A DNA stretch of 20,000 nucleotides from Malacoraja senta. Its lineage: Eukaryota. The position numbers were made by a program, and so were the translations under genes. Location: contig JAXLNO010000078.1 of NCBI GenBank assembly GCA_038087875.1, positions 47,004 through 67,003 of the forward strand, written 5' to 3'. Shown here piece after piece: positions 1 to 9,955 of the stretch. The notes beneath the pieces are model-generated. The model ran no database searches and had not been told where the DNA came from. It saw nothing but the letters and a program-made list of their open reading frames with translations. The number at the start of each line of letters is the position of its first letter. The first letter of the stretch is position 1.

Positions 1-496
1 AGGTTCACCAGACTGATTCCTGGGATGTCAGGAATTTCATATGAAGAAAGACTGGATAGTCTTGGCTTATACTCGCTAGAATTTAGGAGATTGAGAGGGG
101 ATCTTATAGAAACGTACAAAATTCTTATGGGGTTGGACAGGCTAGATGCAGGAAGATTGTTCCCGATGTTGGGGAAGTCCAGGACAAGGGGTCACAGCTT
201 AAGGATAAGGGGGAAATCCTTTAAGACCGAGATGAGGAAAAACCTTTTCACACAGAGAGTGGTGAATCTCTGGAACTCTCTGCCACAGAGGGTAGTTGAG
301 GCCAGTTCATTGGCTATATTTAAGAGGGAGTTGGATGTGGCCCTTGTGGCTAAGGGGATCAGGGGGTATGGAGAGAAGGCAGGTACGGGGTACTGAGTTG
401 GATGATCAGCCATGATCATATTGAATGGCGGTGCAGGCTCGAAGGGCCGAATGGCCTACTCCTGCACCTATTTTCTATGTATCTATGTATCTATGT
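1..496 (+). mobile_element. CR1-clade LINE, 3' end (ORF2 C-terminus, 3' UTR, tandem tail); continues left of the window
   Basis: ORF 25-396 reads like a CR1 ORF2 C-terminus (SYEERLDSLGLYSLEFRRLRGDLIETYKIL...RTRGHSLRI...FFTQRVVNLWNSLP), with stop at 394-396. It is followed by a typical 3' UTR (GATCAGCCATGATC...GAAGGGCCGAATGGCCTACTCCTGC) and a (TCTATGTA)n tail ending near 496. Confidence 0.93.
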
Positions 497-1420
497 AAAG
501 GCAAAGCAAAAGCAAAAGCACAGGGCAGGCGGGGCCAGCCAGCAATGCAATTCATTTGCTCTCATTTCAGGACAAGCAAATCAAAGGCAAAGCAAAAGCA
601 AAAGCACAGCACAGGCGGGGCTGGCCAACAATGCAATCCATTTGCTTTCATTTCAGGTCAAGCAAAGCAAAGACAAAGCAAAAGCAAAAGCACATGGCAG
701 GCGGGGCCAGCCAACAATACAATCCATTTGCTATCATTTCAGGTCAAGCAAAGCAAATCAAGTCAAGTCAAGTTAAGTCAATCCATTTCAAGTCAAGTCA
801 AGTCAATCGATTTAAAGTCAAGTCAAGTCAGGTCAATCCATTTCAAGTCAAGTCAAGTCAAGTCAAGTAAATCGATTTCAAGTCAAGTCAAGTCAAGTCA
901 GGTCAATCTATTTCAAGTCAAGTCAAGTCAAGTCAATCCAAGTAAATCCAAGTCAATCCAAGTCAATCCAAGTCAAGCCAAGCCAAGTCAAGTAAAGCCA
1001 AGCCAAGCACGGGGCAGGCGGGGCCAACAATACAGTCCATTTGCTTTCATTTAAGGTCAAGCAAAGCAAAGGCAAAGCAAAAGAAAAAGCACAGGGCAGG
1101 CGGGGCCAGTCAACAATACAATCATTTTGCTTTCATTTAAGGTCAAGCAAAACAAAGGCAAAGCAAATCAAAAGCACAGGGCAGGCGGGGCCAGCCAACA
1201 ATGCAATCAATTTGCTTTCATTTCAGGCCAAGCAAAGCAAAAGCAAAAGCACACGGCAGGTCAAACAAGTCATTGCATTTTCATTTCATTTCCATTTCCA
1301 TTGAAGTTTCAAGCACAGGGCTGGCTAAACTACTCATTGCATTTTCATTTAATTTCCATTTCCATTGCAGTTTCAAGCACAGGGCAGGCCAAACAACTCA
1401 TTGCATTTTCACTTTGGGCT
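497..1420. repeat. Composite tandem repeat: ~85-90 bp unit, (CAAGT)n pentamer block, ~64 bp unit
   Basis: About six copies of GGCAGGCGGGGCCAGCCAACAATGCAATCCATTTGCTTTCATTTCAGGTCAAGCAAAGC... (near 523, 612, 697, 1013, 1095, 1180). A (CAAGT)n/(CAAGC)n block lies at about 758-1006. About 2.5 copies of ...AAACAACTCATTGCATTTTCATTT... lie at about 1250-1413. Confidence 0.92.
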
Positions 1421-1794
1421 AACAAATTATTTATTGCCAATACATTGCAGACTCTCAGTTCAGTTGAATCACAGCTTAGAATCACAGTTAGGGACTCTCC
1501 CTCACAATTTTCCAGAGTGAGTGACTCACGCCCGGCATCCGGGGCTAAATACTCCCGCCCCCCCGGAAGGGGCGTTGCCTTCACCATGGTGAGAGGACCA
1601 ATCAGCTAATCTCACGATTTTTTAAACATTCATATTTTTTTATTTTTCAGCGATCGGAAAAGTCCTTGGGGCTGCTGCAGCGGAGGAGGACTGTGAGTAA
1701 GATGGCAAAAATCATAGCGATATAGGGTACCGTTTTTTCTAAAAATCAATTAACTACTTAGAGAGGAAATGGTCAAGATGAGACTTTTAGTATA
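497..1794 (-). mobile_element. Putative non-autonomous Helitron-like element containing the composite satellite
   Basis: The minus strand from about 1794 starts TATACTAAAAGTCTCATCTTGACC...GATTTTTGCCATCTTACTCACAGTCC, which resembles the 5' ends of non-autonomous Helitrons that carry internal tandem repeats. The canonical 5' TC and the 3' hairpin/CTAG end are not visible because the left side abuts the CR1 tail. Confidence 0.45.
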
Positions 1795-1815
1795 ATGACA
1801 GATATTATTCATTCA

Positions 1816-2735
1816 GATGAATGGATTACAGGTAACATTAGCAAATTTGCACATGACACAAAGCTGGGTGTCAGTGTGAACTGTGAGGAGGATGCTATGA
1901 GAATGCAGGGTGACTTGGACAGGTTGGTTGAGTGGGCAGATGGCATGGCAGATGCAGTTTAATTTGGATAAATAAATTATCCTTCTTTGGTAGCAAAATA
2001 GGAAGGCAGATTATTCTCTAAATGGTGTCAAATTGTGAAAACTGGAAGTACAACGGGATCCGGGGGTCCTTGTTCATCAGTCAATGAAAGTAAGCACGCA
2101 GGTGCAGCAGGCAGTGAAGAATGCGAATGGCATGTTGGCCTTCATACAAGAGGAGTCGAGTATAGGAGCATATAGGTCCTTCTGCAGTTGTACAGGCCCC
2201 TAGTGAGATCACACCTGAGTATTGTGTGAAGTTTTGATCTCCAAATTTGAGGAACGACATTCTTGCTATTGAGGGAGTTTAGCGTAGGTTCACAGGATTA
2301 ATTCCCGGGTGGTGGGGGCTGTCATATGCTAAGAGAATGGAACGGCTGGGCTTGTATATTCTGAATTTAGAAGGGTGAGAGGGATCTTATTGAAACATAT
2401 AAAAGATTATTAAGGGTTTGGACACGCTAGAGGCAGGAAACATATTCCCGATGTTGGGGGACTCCAGAACCAGGGGGCACTGTTTAAGAATAAGGGGTAA
2501 GCAGTTTAGAACGGAGATAAGGAAACAATTATTTCACACAGAGAGTTGTGAGTCTGTGGAAGCCGGTTTCTGGATACTTTCAACAGAGAGCTAGATAGGG
2601 TTCTTAAAGATAGCGGAGTTAGGGGATATGGGGAGAAGGCAGGAACGGGGTACTGATTGTGGATGATCAGCCATGATCACATTAAATGGCGTTGCTGGCT
2701 CGAAGGGTCGAATGGACTACACATGCACCTATTGT
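1816..2735 (+). mobile_element. Degenerate 5'-truncated CR1 LINE
   Basis: RT motif remnant (SKFAHDTKLG...MQGDLDRL), frameshifted ORF2 C-terminus, and the same 3' UTR as 1-496 (GGATGATCAGCCATGATCAC...TGCACCTATT). Confidence 0.9.
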
Positions 2736-2980
2736 TCGCATAATCATAGATATCTCCTCAGATTTTAATTGCACATGATACTTGTAAAACATAAGAGAGG
2801 GTGCATATTGCAATTTATTGGTGCAGCTTAATGGAGAAAATTCAAAAGAAACCGCATTAAAGCGTTTACAAAATATTTAAGCTGATAACCGATGTTTGAT
2901 CTATTGACGATTTCAACTGCAGAAACATGTCTCTACAGACTACCATTTTAACAGTGACGAAGGGCATGAAACAAACAACC

Positions 2981-3058
2981 TAATTAACGTGACGTGATTG
3001 AATAATACCAATCTCATAGCGTGTTGATTCCACCCTTGAGGTTTCTGTAAAGTATAAG
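2981..3058 (+). promoter_or_regulatory. Candidate proximal promoter of the GPCR gene
   Basis: TAATTA 2981-2986, TGACGT 2990-2995, CCAAT 3008-3012, CCCTTGAG 3033-3040 and TATAAG 3053-3058 lie within about 150 bp upstream of ATG 3131. These are short motif matches only. Confidence 0.35.
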
Positions 3059-3130
3059 TACGAGCTAACTTTGAAAACGGGAGATCCGTGAGCCTATTGA
3101 ACTGACTAGAAAGGCATCTTCCAACTAAAT

Positions 3131-3203
3131 ATGAACAAGCCTGCACTCCTGAAGACGAGAGTATTTACAATCCTATTCTTGCAATCATTGGAGTCCCAGG
3201 TAG
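3131..3203 (+). CDS. Exon 1 of GPR139/GPR142-like class A GPCR (apparent 1-bp deletion; donors at 3200 and 3204)
   Basis: ATG 3131 gives MNKPALLK. The shifted frame at 3157-3199 gives ESIYNPILAIIGVP-G, the first half of TM1, ending at a phase-1 donor CAG|GTAGGT (3200). A second donor TAG|GTGAGC at 3204 is phase 1 for the ATG frame. Confidence 0.8.
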
Positions 3204-4144
3204 GTGAGCCAGAGAATGGTTTTACAGATGTACGTTGATGTGCTTGACAGACGATATTGAACATCATGGCAAACATATCTGAAACATTACAGATTTCTAT
3301 GAAATTATTATTGCAAACAAAGTGCTGTCAAAAACAAAGTATCGTGCTGATCTCACTTGTGTACTGGATCTAAAAATCATGTGGAAAAATGATTGAATTT
3401 CTCTGACGGGAAAATTATATATAAACGTTTTATAAGTAATATAATATTCTATATATTTTATATTAGTCAAGCCCACTGGACAGAACAAGCCCTCCTTCTC
3501 CACATCATACACAGTCCACCTGAACAATGGCCGATTCAACGCTTCCAAAGAGGGGTCTGCATATAAACGCGATGTTTCAAGCTCTTTCTATTTTCATTCC
3601 ATGCAGTTGATTTGCATAGCTTCATTATACGAAGAACAAGTAAACGTACGGCAGCTTGCGGCTGAGCATTATCGATCATAACTGATTTTAACTTTAGACT
3701 TCACGCCGAAATTAAAAAAACAACGGTTTGATGGACGCTGTTCTCTGTATTCTGTAACTCTCGCTAAAGAATGTCAGTCATGTGTGCGAGTCCGTGCGCA
3801 TGCTATGATCGCATGTGCCTCCATCTGCCTGATAACTTACCGCGAAATAAAACATGCAAGTCGAGGGATGCTGTCGGTGAGTTTCCATATAACACACGTC
3901 TTTTTATTTCCATTGTGAATGCTCAGCTAAATTAGCTCACGGTTTACTGAGGCTGAGCAACGTGGTTTCTTTTAAAGCATTGTAACATTTAAATACAAGT
4001 TGCAACAAAGTGAAACTGTCTAATGGTCCTGATTTGACCTAGATTTGACAGCAGGGAAAAACAAAATTCGCCGTTGCATTTCAGGAAGATTTAATTTTTA
4101 CATTCAGCAGACATTCAGAAGAAAGGTAAAACACTTGTTGCTTT

Positions 4145-4219
4145 TAGACACAAAATGCTGGAGTAACTCAGCGGGACAGGCAGCATCTCTGGAGAGAAGG
4201 AATGGGTGATGTTTTGGGT
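4145..4219 (-). mobile_element. Short Penelope-associated tail insertion with 13-bp target-site duplication
   Basis: The minus strand reads ACCCAAAACATCACCCATTCCTTCTCTCCAGAGATGCTGCCTGTCCCGCTGAGTTACTCCAGCATTTTGTGTCT. It is flanked by CACTTGTTGCTTT at 4132-4144 and 4220-4232. Confidence 0.8.
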
Positions 4220-5439
4220 CACTTGTTGCTTTCAGACTGTTTTGCCAGATTTAAGCGCTAACATTTTTGTTCTTATCGCCGAGAGGGTTTTGAAGTGTTG
4301 AGGATCCATCTGCAAACTGCGATGGGTTGTGTAGCGGAGATTATGGCATGCTCCAAGTTTAGTAGTTTGGGTCGAGACTACGCCTAATCACTTCCAAGAG
4401 CACGCTCTCTCTTTACTCATGATGTTGCTGATCACCAAACGTGTATTAGATGCGGTACCTCGACATTATTGAGCTGAGATGTCGTATGTGCGCATTTAAC
4501 CCATCAGACCTACAGCAGTCACAGCTCGAGAAATTGCATCGTGTTGCTTCTTTAAATGGTTACATATTTGCAAGTGTTCGAGATTATCAAACCGGAATTA
4601 AACCTCTTCCTAGAGCCCTCCAACACGTATTGTCACACGGCCAACAGGGTTATTCCGGGGATGCGCACGCAGACCTCTAGCGGGTGGGTCTTACATTTAT
4701 GTTTCCCAATGAATTCGTCTTGCAGGATAGACACGATCTCACGCATTTAGTGGTTTGCAAACTGCAAATTTTTAGCAGGAGAATGCTAACCTGTCAGTCA
4801 GTAGAGCCGGGTCGGGATGTACTTGTGTTGAAAGCCGATCATGACGGTTGAAGCTGTGAACTTATCGACAGGTTGTGCCTCTGCCGTTGAGTTGTGTTGC
4901 CCGGTTTTTGTTGGCTCTGGAGCAACGGTCTGCCATCTGTGATTGACTGAATTTCAAAGCATCAAGACACCACCGAAATAAAACTGGCGATAAATGTTAA
5001 GTATCAAAGGTTGTCTGGCTTTTCGAAAGTCTGGACCTCGGTCCATGAAATGTGTGCCGAATTCATGTGTGAATCGCATCCGCCGCACAGCCTATGTAGC
5101 GGATATCAGACGTCAGCCTGCTTGGTCAGCCATATCGGAAATGAATGTGTGTACGTGTACTCTAAGGGGAGAGAAATGGACAGCAGGTTGCCATGAAAAT
5201 GTTAACGATTGTCCCTGCTAATTTATTACAGTAGAGGAACAGAATGAGGAATGTGAGAAGTGTGTATGCAGAGGGGGGGCAACAATGTACATGCTGCTGT
5301 GAGCTCTAAATATCACATTTGCAGATAAGCTGTGAAAATTAAATCTGTGTGATTATCAGTGGGGAGGCGCGGTTTCCACGAGATAAACTAAGGTAACATG
5401 AGTGCCAAACACGTGACAAATAAAATCTGATTTGGATTT

Positions 5440-5900
5440 CAGGCCAGGCAGGCTCCTATCACGTGGAATTGGTTTTACCATCTCCACAAGGATAGCCCAC
5501 AATACTGCTACTGCTCGGAGCTGTGTGCTCAGTCCATGCTCTACTCCAAATACACCCATGTGTGTTTGACCACGTACAACAATAACTCGGTGTTTAAGTA
5601 TGCCGATGATGCCACTGCTGACGGGCACTTCGACAAGAATGATGATACTAAGTAGAGGAAGGAAATCCGGTACATAGTGTCATTAAGTCAGGACACTATC
5701 TAGCCGTTAACATCTCGGCGACACAGTTGGTGTGAACTAAAGGAAGCGGAGAGGACAAACACCGCCCCATCTCATCTCTAGATGTGATCAACATTTCGTG
5801 TTATGTGGCATTAATATCACCAAAACAATAGCTGGTCCCTTCACGGAGTAGCGATAACAACAAAGCGCAACAGTCTGTTCACTTTATGAGAAGTCTGAGA
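5440..5900 (+). mobile_element. Old degenerate Rex1/Babar RT fragment within the GPCR intron
   Basis: Recognisable remnants: CVLSP (TGTGTGCTCAGTCCA), LYS.YTH, NNSVFKYADDAT (about 5578-5617) and KAQQ...HFMRSL (about 5862-5898), with stops and frameshifts. Confidence 0.7.
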
Positions 5901-6060
5901 ATTAAAAGGGGTCCAACCGTAAACCTGTGTAATATAGATTGTTATTCCAAAGTGTTATAGGCAAGAAAAACTCGTACACGCATGACAAATTGAAGCAAAT
6001 GAATATATATTTCGCGGGTTATTTCTCGTTCGTAATTCAATTTTCATCTTTTGGTTGCAG

Positions 6061-7007
6061 CAAATTTGGTGGCAATCCTTATCCTGTCGTCTGGAAAGTG
6101 CGGCCTCACTAGATGTGTCATCCAGTATCTGAAATCAATGGCGGTAGCTGATCTAATTGTACTGGTTTCCGGTGTAATTCTCCATGAGATTAAAGAGGCA
6201 TATTTTCCGCATTCATTCCTCAATTACACCCCAATTTGCAGTTTTGTTATTACACTGATGTATATTTCGCTCGATTGTTCCGTCTGGCTGACTGTCACTT
6301 TTACATTCGATCGATTTGTTGCTATATGTTGCCAGTCGTTGCGTTCAAAATATTGTACCATGAAGACGGCATTGAAAGTAATAACAGCGGTGTTTATGTT
6401 GAGTATTTTAGAAAATATTCCAATCTACTTTATATTTGAACCACGCGAAATAATTAACGATGTCCCATGGTCCTGTTATGTAATATCAAGTTTCTACACA
6501 ATACCCACCTGGGTCGCGTATTTATGGTTTAAAACACTCTTAACCCCATTTGCGCCATTTGTGTTGATTCTTCTGCTTAATACCTTGACCATAAAGCATA
6601 TTATCATGGCCAACAGAGTCAGGAGAAAGCTCCGAGGGAGTAATAGAGAGGCATGTCAGACTGATCAAGAGACTGAGAACAGAAGGAAATCGATTATTTT
6701 ACTCGTTGCAATATCTGGCAACTTTATTTTCTTATGGATGGTAAACCTTGTGTGCTTCATCTGTATACAGTTTACAGATGCTCAATTGTTGGAAACAGAT
6801 TACAACGACTCGTTCACCATTGCGGCAAAAAGTGGCTATATGCTGAGGCATTTGAGTACTTGCACAAACACTTTCATTTATGCAGTTTTTCAGAGACACT
6901 TCAGAGAGGAACTGAAGAATGTAATTTCACGTCCCTTTCTTGCCATTGCTAATATATTCAAACGTTTGAACACAAAAATAACTGTATCCAAATACGTAAT
7001 GAAGTGA
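6061..7007 (+). CDS. Exon 2 of GPR139/GPR142-like class A (rhodopsin family) GPCR
   Basis: Pyrimidine tract and acceptor ...TTTTCATCTTTTGGTTGCAG| at 6060 (phase 1), then an uninterrupted ORF to TGA 7005-7007. Motifs: ANLVAILIL (TM1 Asn), MAVADL (TM2), PICSF (TM3 Cys), FDRFVAIC (DRY-like), WSCY (ECL2 Cys), LTPFAPF (TM5), GNFIFLWM (TM6), CTNTFIY (NPxxY variant), FREEL (helix 8). The TTG start at 6051 in the ORF track is intronic. Confidence 0.93.
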
Positions 7008-7116
7008 GAATTTGCGAGGCACACATATATATCTGTAACATGTAATAGGATTTGTCGTGGTATCCCTTTCCACAATTTCTTGGGATTTTGTTCCTACTTA
7101 GTTACCATGAACCAAT

Positions 7117-7122
7117 AATAAA
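7117..7122 (+). terminator. Candidate polyadenylation signal of the GPCR gene
   Basis: AATAAA 110 nt downstream of the stop codon. Confidence 0.5.
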
Positions 7123-7379
7123 CCAAAGAGATATTTTTGAAATATAATGTACGGTCATTGAAATAGTATATTTGTTTCCATTTACTCATCCCATTTATGA
7201 CGACAACTTAGTTTGAAGTCCATTGTCTACCATCAGAAGCAGAAAATCGTTCAAGTCAGTATAATATGGTTTATTATAAACCGGGCGGAATTAAAGACAG
7301 ACGGAATTTAAAAATAACGTTTTGTGGCCTGACGGACGCCAAGGGTAACTGAAAATTTAAATGATGTTCCTTGCCACTG

Positions 7380-9700
7380 AGCTGATGTAAACTTTTAACA
7401 ACGATATCATCCAACACAGTTCCTCTCCTTTTTGCCTTTCAATTCTGCACGTGCCTCTTATAATTTCATATAACTGTATCAATTCGTCCCGGTTTTCCCA
7501 TTTCTCGGCATCCCTTGCCGCAATACATCTGCCTTCTTTACCCACAAGTATTTGCTTTCGCAAAATTCCTCACTTCTGACATCTCGGGATAAAATTCACG
7601 TGCAATGTTCCATCAAGGTGAACCCCAGTAAAGCTGCAGGTCCTGACAAGATACCGGGGCGTATGCTCAGAGACTGTGCTGACCAACTCACAGATGTTCT
7701 CACCGACATCTACAACACCTCTCTGAGCCAAGCCATCATACCAGCATGCTTCAAAGCGACCACCATCATACCGCTACCCAAGAAATCACCAGCGTCAACA
7801 CTGAATGACTACCGGCCCATAGCACTCACGTCCATCATGATGAAGTGCTTTGAAAGGTTGGTTAAGGCCCACATAACATCCAGTCTCCCCTCTACACTTG
7901 ACCCATTCCAGTTTGCATACCGTCCCAACCGTTCCACTGATGATGCCATAGCAACAGTACTCCACCTAAGCCTGGCTCATCTGGAAAACAATAACAGTTA
8001 CGTGCGGTTGCTGTTCATCGATTTCAGCTCCGCCTTCAACACAGTCATCCCCCAACACCTGGTGAATAAACTCGGCGAAATAGGCATCAGCACCCCACTA
8101 TGCAACTGGTTACTGGACTTCCTCACCGACAGACCACAGACAGTAAGAGTTGGCAAAAACTCATCAGAGACCACCATCATGAACACCGGGGTCCCACAGG
8201 GATGTGTGCTGAGCCCTCTGTTGTCCACGCTGATGACACATGACTGTTGTGCCAAACATAACTCGAACCACGTCATCAAGTTCGCAGATGACACAACAGT
8301 GGTGGGCCTCATCAGCCACGATGACGACTCAGCCTACAGAGAGGAGGTACGACAACTCATCAACTGGTGTGACATCAATAACATTCAACTCAATGTCAAT
8401 AAAACAAAATAAATAACTGTGGACTTCAGGAAGAAACAGACAGCACACACCCCACTCACCATAAATGGCAGTGCAGTGGAGTCTGTGAAAAGCACCAAGT
8501 TCCTGGGAGTACACACCACAGATGATGAGACATGGTCCACCAACACCATCTGCCTAGTTAAGAAAGCACAGCAACGCCTCCACTTCCTTCGACGGATGAG
8601 GAGAGCCGACCACCCCCCTTCTGCCCTCACAACTTTTTACAGGGGTGCCATTGAGAGCATTCTTACCAGCAGTCTCTCAGTCTGGTATGGCAGTTGCTCT
8701 GCTGCTGACCAGAAGGCCCTACAGAGAGTATTGAGGAGAGCGGAGAAGATCACTAGATCACCCCAACCAGCAATCCAGGACTTATACCCATCTCGCTGTC
8801 GCAAGAGAGCAACCAATATCATCAAAGACACCACCCACCCAGCACACAAACTGTTCACCCTCCTACCATCCGGCAAGCGCTACCGCAGCATGCAGAGCAA
8901 AACCACAAGATTCAAAAACAGCTTTTTCCCTCAGGCCATCAGACTACTCAACACACTCAAGAAAATTCCATGAACATTACACAAACAAAGACCAACTGAC
9001 TGTCAAATTAACTTTAACCCAATGTCTGCAGTATGCTATTTGCACTTTTCTATATTGCACCTTTTATTAATGAATATTTTATATAATGTATATGTCCATT
9101 GTCTATTTTTATTGGTATATTGTCTGTCTGTGTTATAAATATTACGTGCACATTGGAGTATGGGGAAACGCAATTTCAATCCTCTGTGTAACTACTTGTT
9201 GCATTATTTGAATTGACAATAAAGTTACTATTACTATTACTATTACAAGGTTTCTATCTGTTCGATATTCAGCTGCAGGTTCAGTTAATTTTCCTCACGG
9301 TACACAACATCCATGTTTTTCCTGTCATCCTCAAACTCACTAATCATATCTCCAACATTCGCACTGAATTAGCAATTATATGAAAAAAAGCAAAGATCCA
9401 TCACCGATCTAAAGTCCACCGGTGGCCGCATATTTTCTAATGAGATAATAAATCTTCCACCACCACCCCGGGGCCTTATCACAAAAATGACAACATTGCA
9501 TTGATCTCCCTGTGAATTAGACTACTGGCCTGCTCTACATTGCGAGATCTTGACAAGTGCCTGAATAAAATCCATTTAGGCATTGTTCACTGCCTTCATC
9601 CATATTATTAAATGCCGCAATATTTGTGAAGTGTTCCCACGCACAATTACACGCTGACTATACCTGATGAGACATTGCTTCAGATTTAACTCTCCTTGGA
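7380..9700 (-). mobile_element. Very old CR1-like LINE split by the Rex1 insertion (pieces ~7380-7619 and ~9246-9700)
   Basis: Minus-strand remnants ([11 protein letters not shown] in ORF 7357-7563; a KFADD-like remnant as ...GTCATCCTCAAACTCACT near 9325-9342) appear to continue across the Rex1 insertion. Confidence 0.5.
7620..9245 (+). mobile_element. Rex1/Babar-clade non-LTR retrotransposon, 5'-truncated, near-intact RT
   Basis: KAAGPD...[21 protein letters not shown]...DFSSAFNT...[12 protein letters not shown]...[10 protein letters not shown]...KKAQQRLHFLR...LLPSGKRYRS...SFFPQAIRLLN in one frame, with a single stop at 8410-8412 and the terminal stop at 8971-8973. AATAAA at 9218-9223, a (TTACTA)n tail, and a candidate TSD CAAGGT at 7614-7619 and 9246-9251. 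Confidence 0.95.
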
Positions 9701-9704
9701 CCAT

Positions 9705-9955
9705 AAGACTTTAAGACATTGGAGCACAATTAAGTTATTCGACCCGTCGACTCTGCCAGTCGATCATGGCGAATTTTCTTTCCTTCTCAACCGCATTCTC
9801 CTTCATTCTCTCGGTAGCTTTGGACGTCCTTACTGATCAAGGGCATATGTATCGATTATCGGTTTATAAAGTACCATATGTTCTGACCTCTACAGACATT
9901 TGTGGCAAAGACTTTCAAATATGCACCGCGTTATGGCTAAACAATCTCCTCTTTT
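9705..9955 (-). mobile_element. Degenerate CR1 3' end
   Basis: Reverse-complement similarity to the CR1 3' UTR and ORF2 end (GATCATGGC...CTCAACCGCATTCTCC...TGTGGCAAAGACTTTCAAA). Confidence 0.55.

Noticed and set aside
497..1420. CRISPR-like repeat/spacer appearance
   Set aside because: The spacers are themselves repetitive, the context is vertebrate, and there are no cas genes.
402..1609. Several overlapping + strand ORFs up to 209 aa (K/Q/S-rich)
   Set aside because: They are translations of the low-complexity satellite, open in several frames because the repeat units rarely contain stops.
4450..5628. Short intronic ORFs of 61-90 aa
   Set aside because: No recognisable domains and lengths expected by chance. 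The ORF at 5356-5628 is antisense to a Rex1 remnant.
6051..6060. TTG start for a single-exon 318-aa GPCR
   Set aside because: It lies in the splice acceptor (TTGGTTGCAG|). TM1 would be incomplete, and a matching exon 1 exists at 3131-3203.
3131..7007. Assigning the symbol GPR139
   Set aside because: Motifs and intron position suggest the family, but the sequence looks too divergent for orthology to be claimed without a phylogeny.
7552..8973. Programmed read-through or a domesticated RT gene
   Set aside because: The element is 5'-truncated with no endonuclease. The TAA is most simply a GAA>TAA mutation, and the ORF start lies in flanking DNA.
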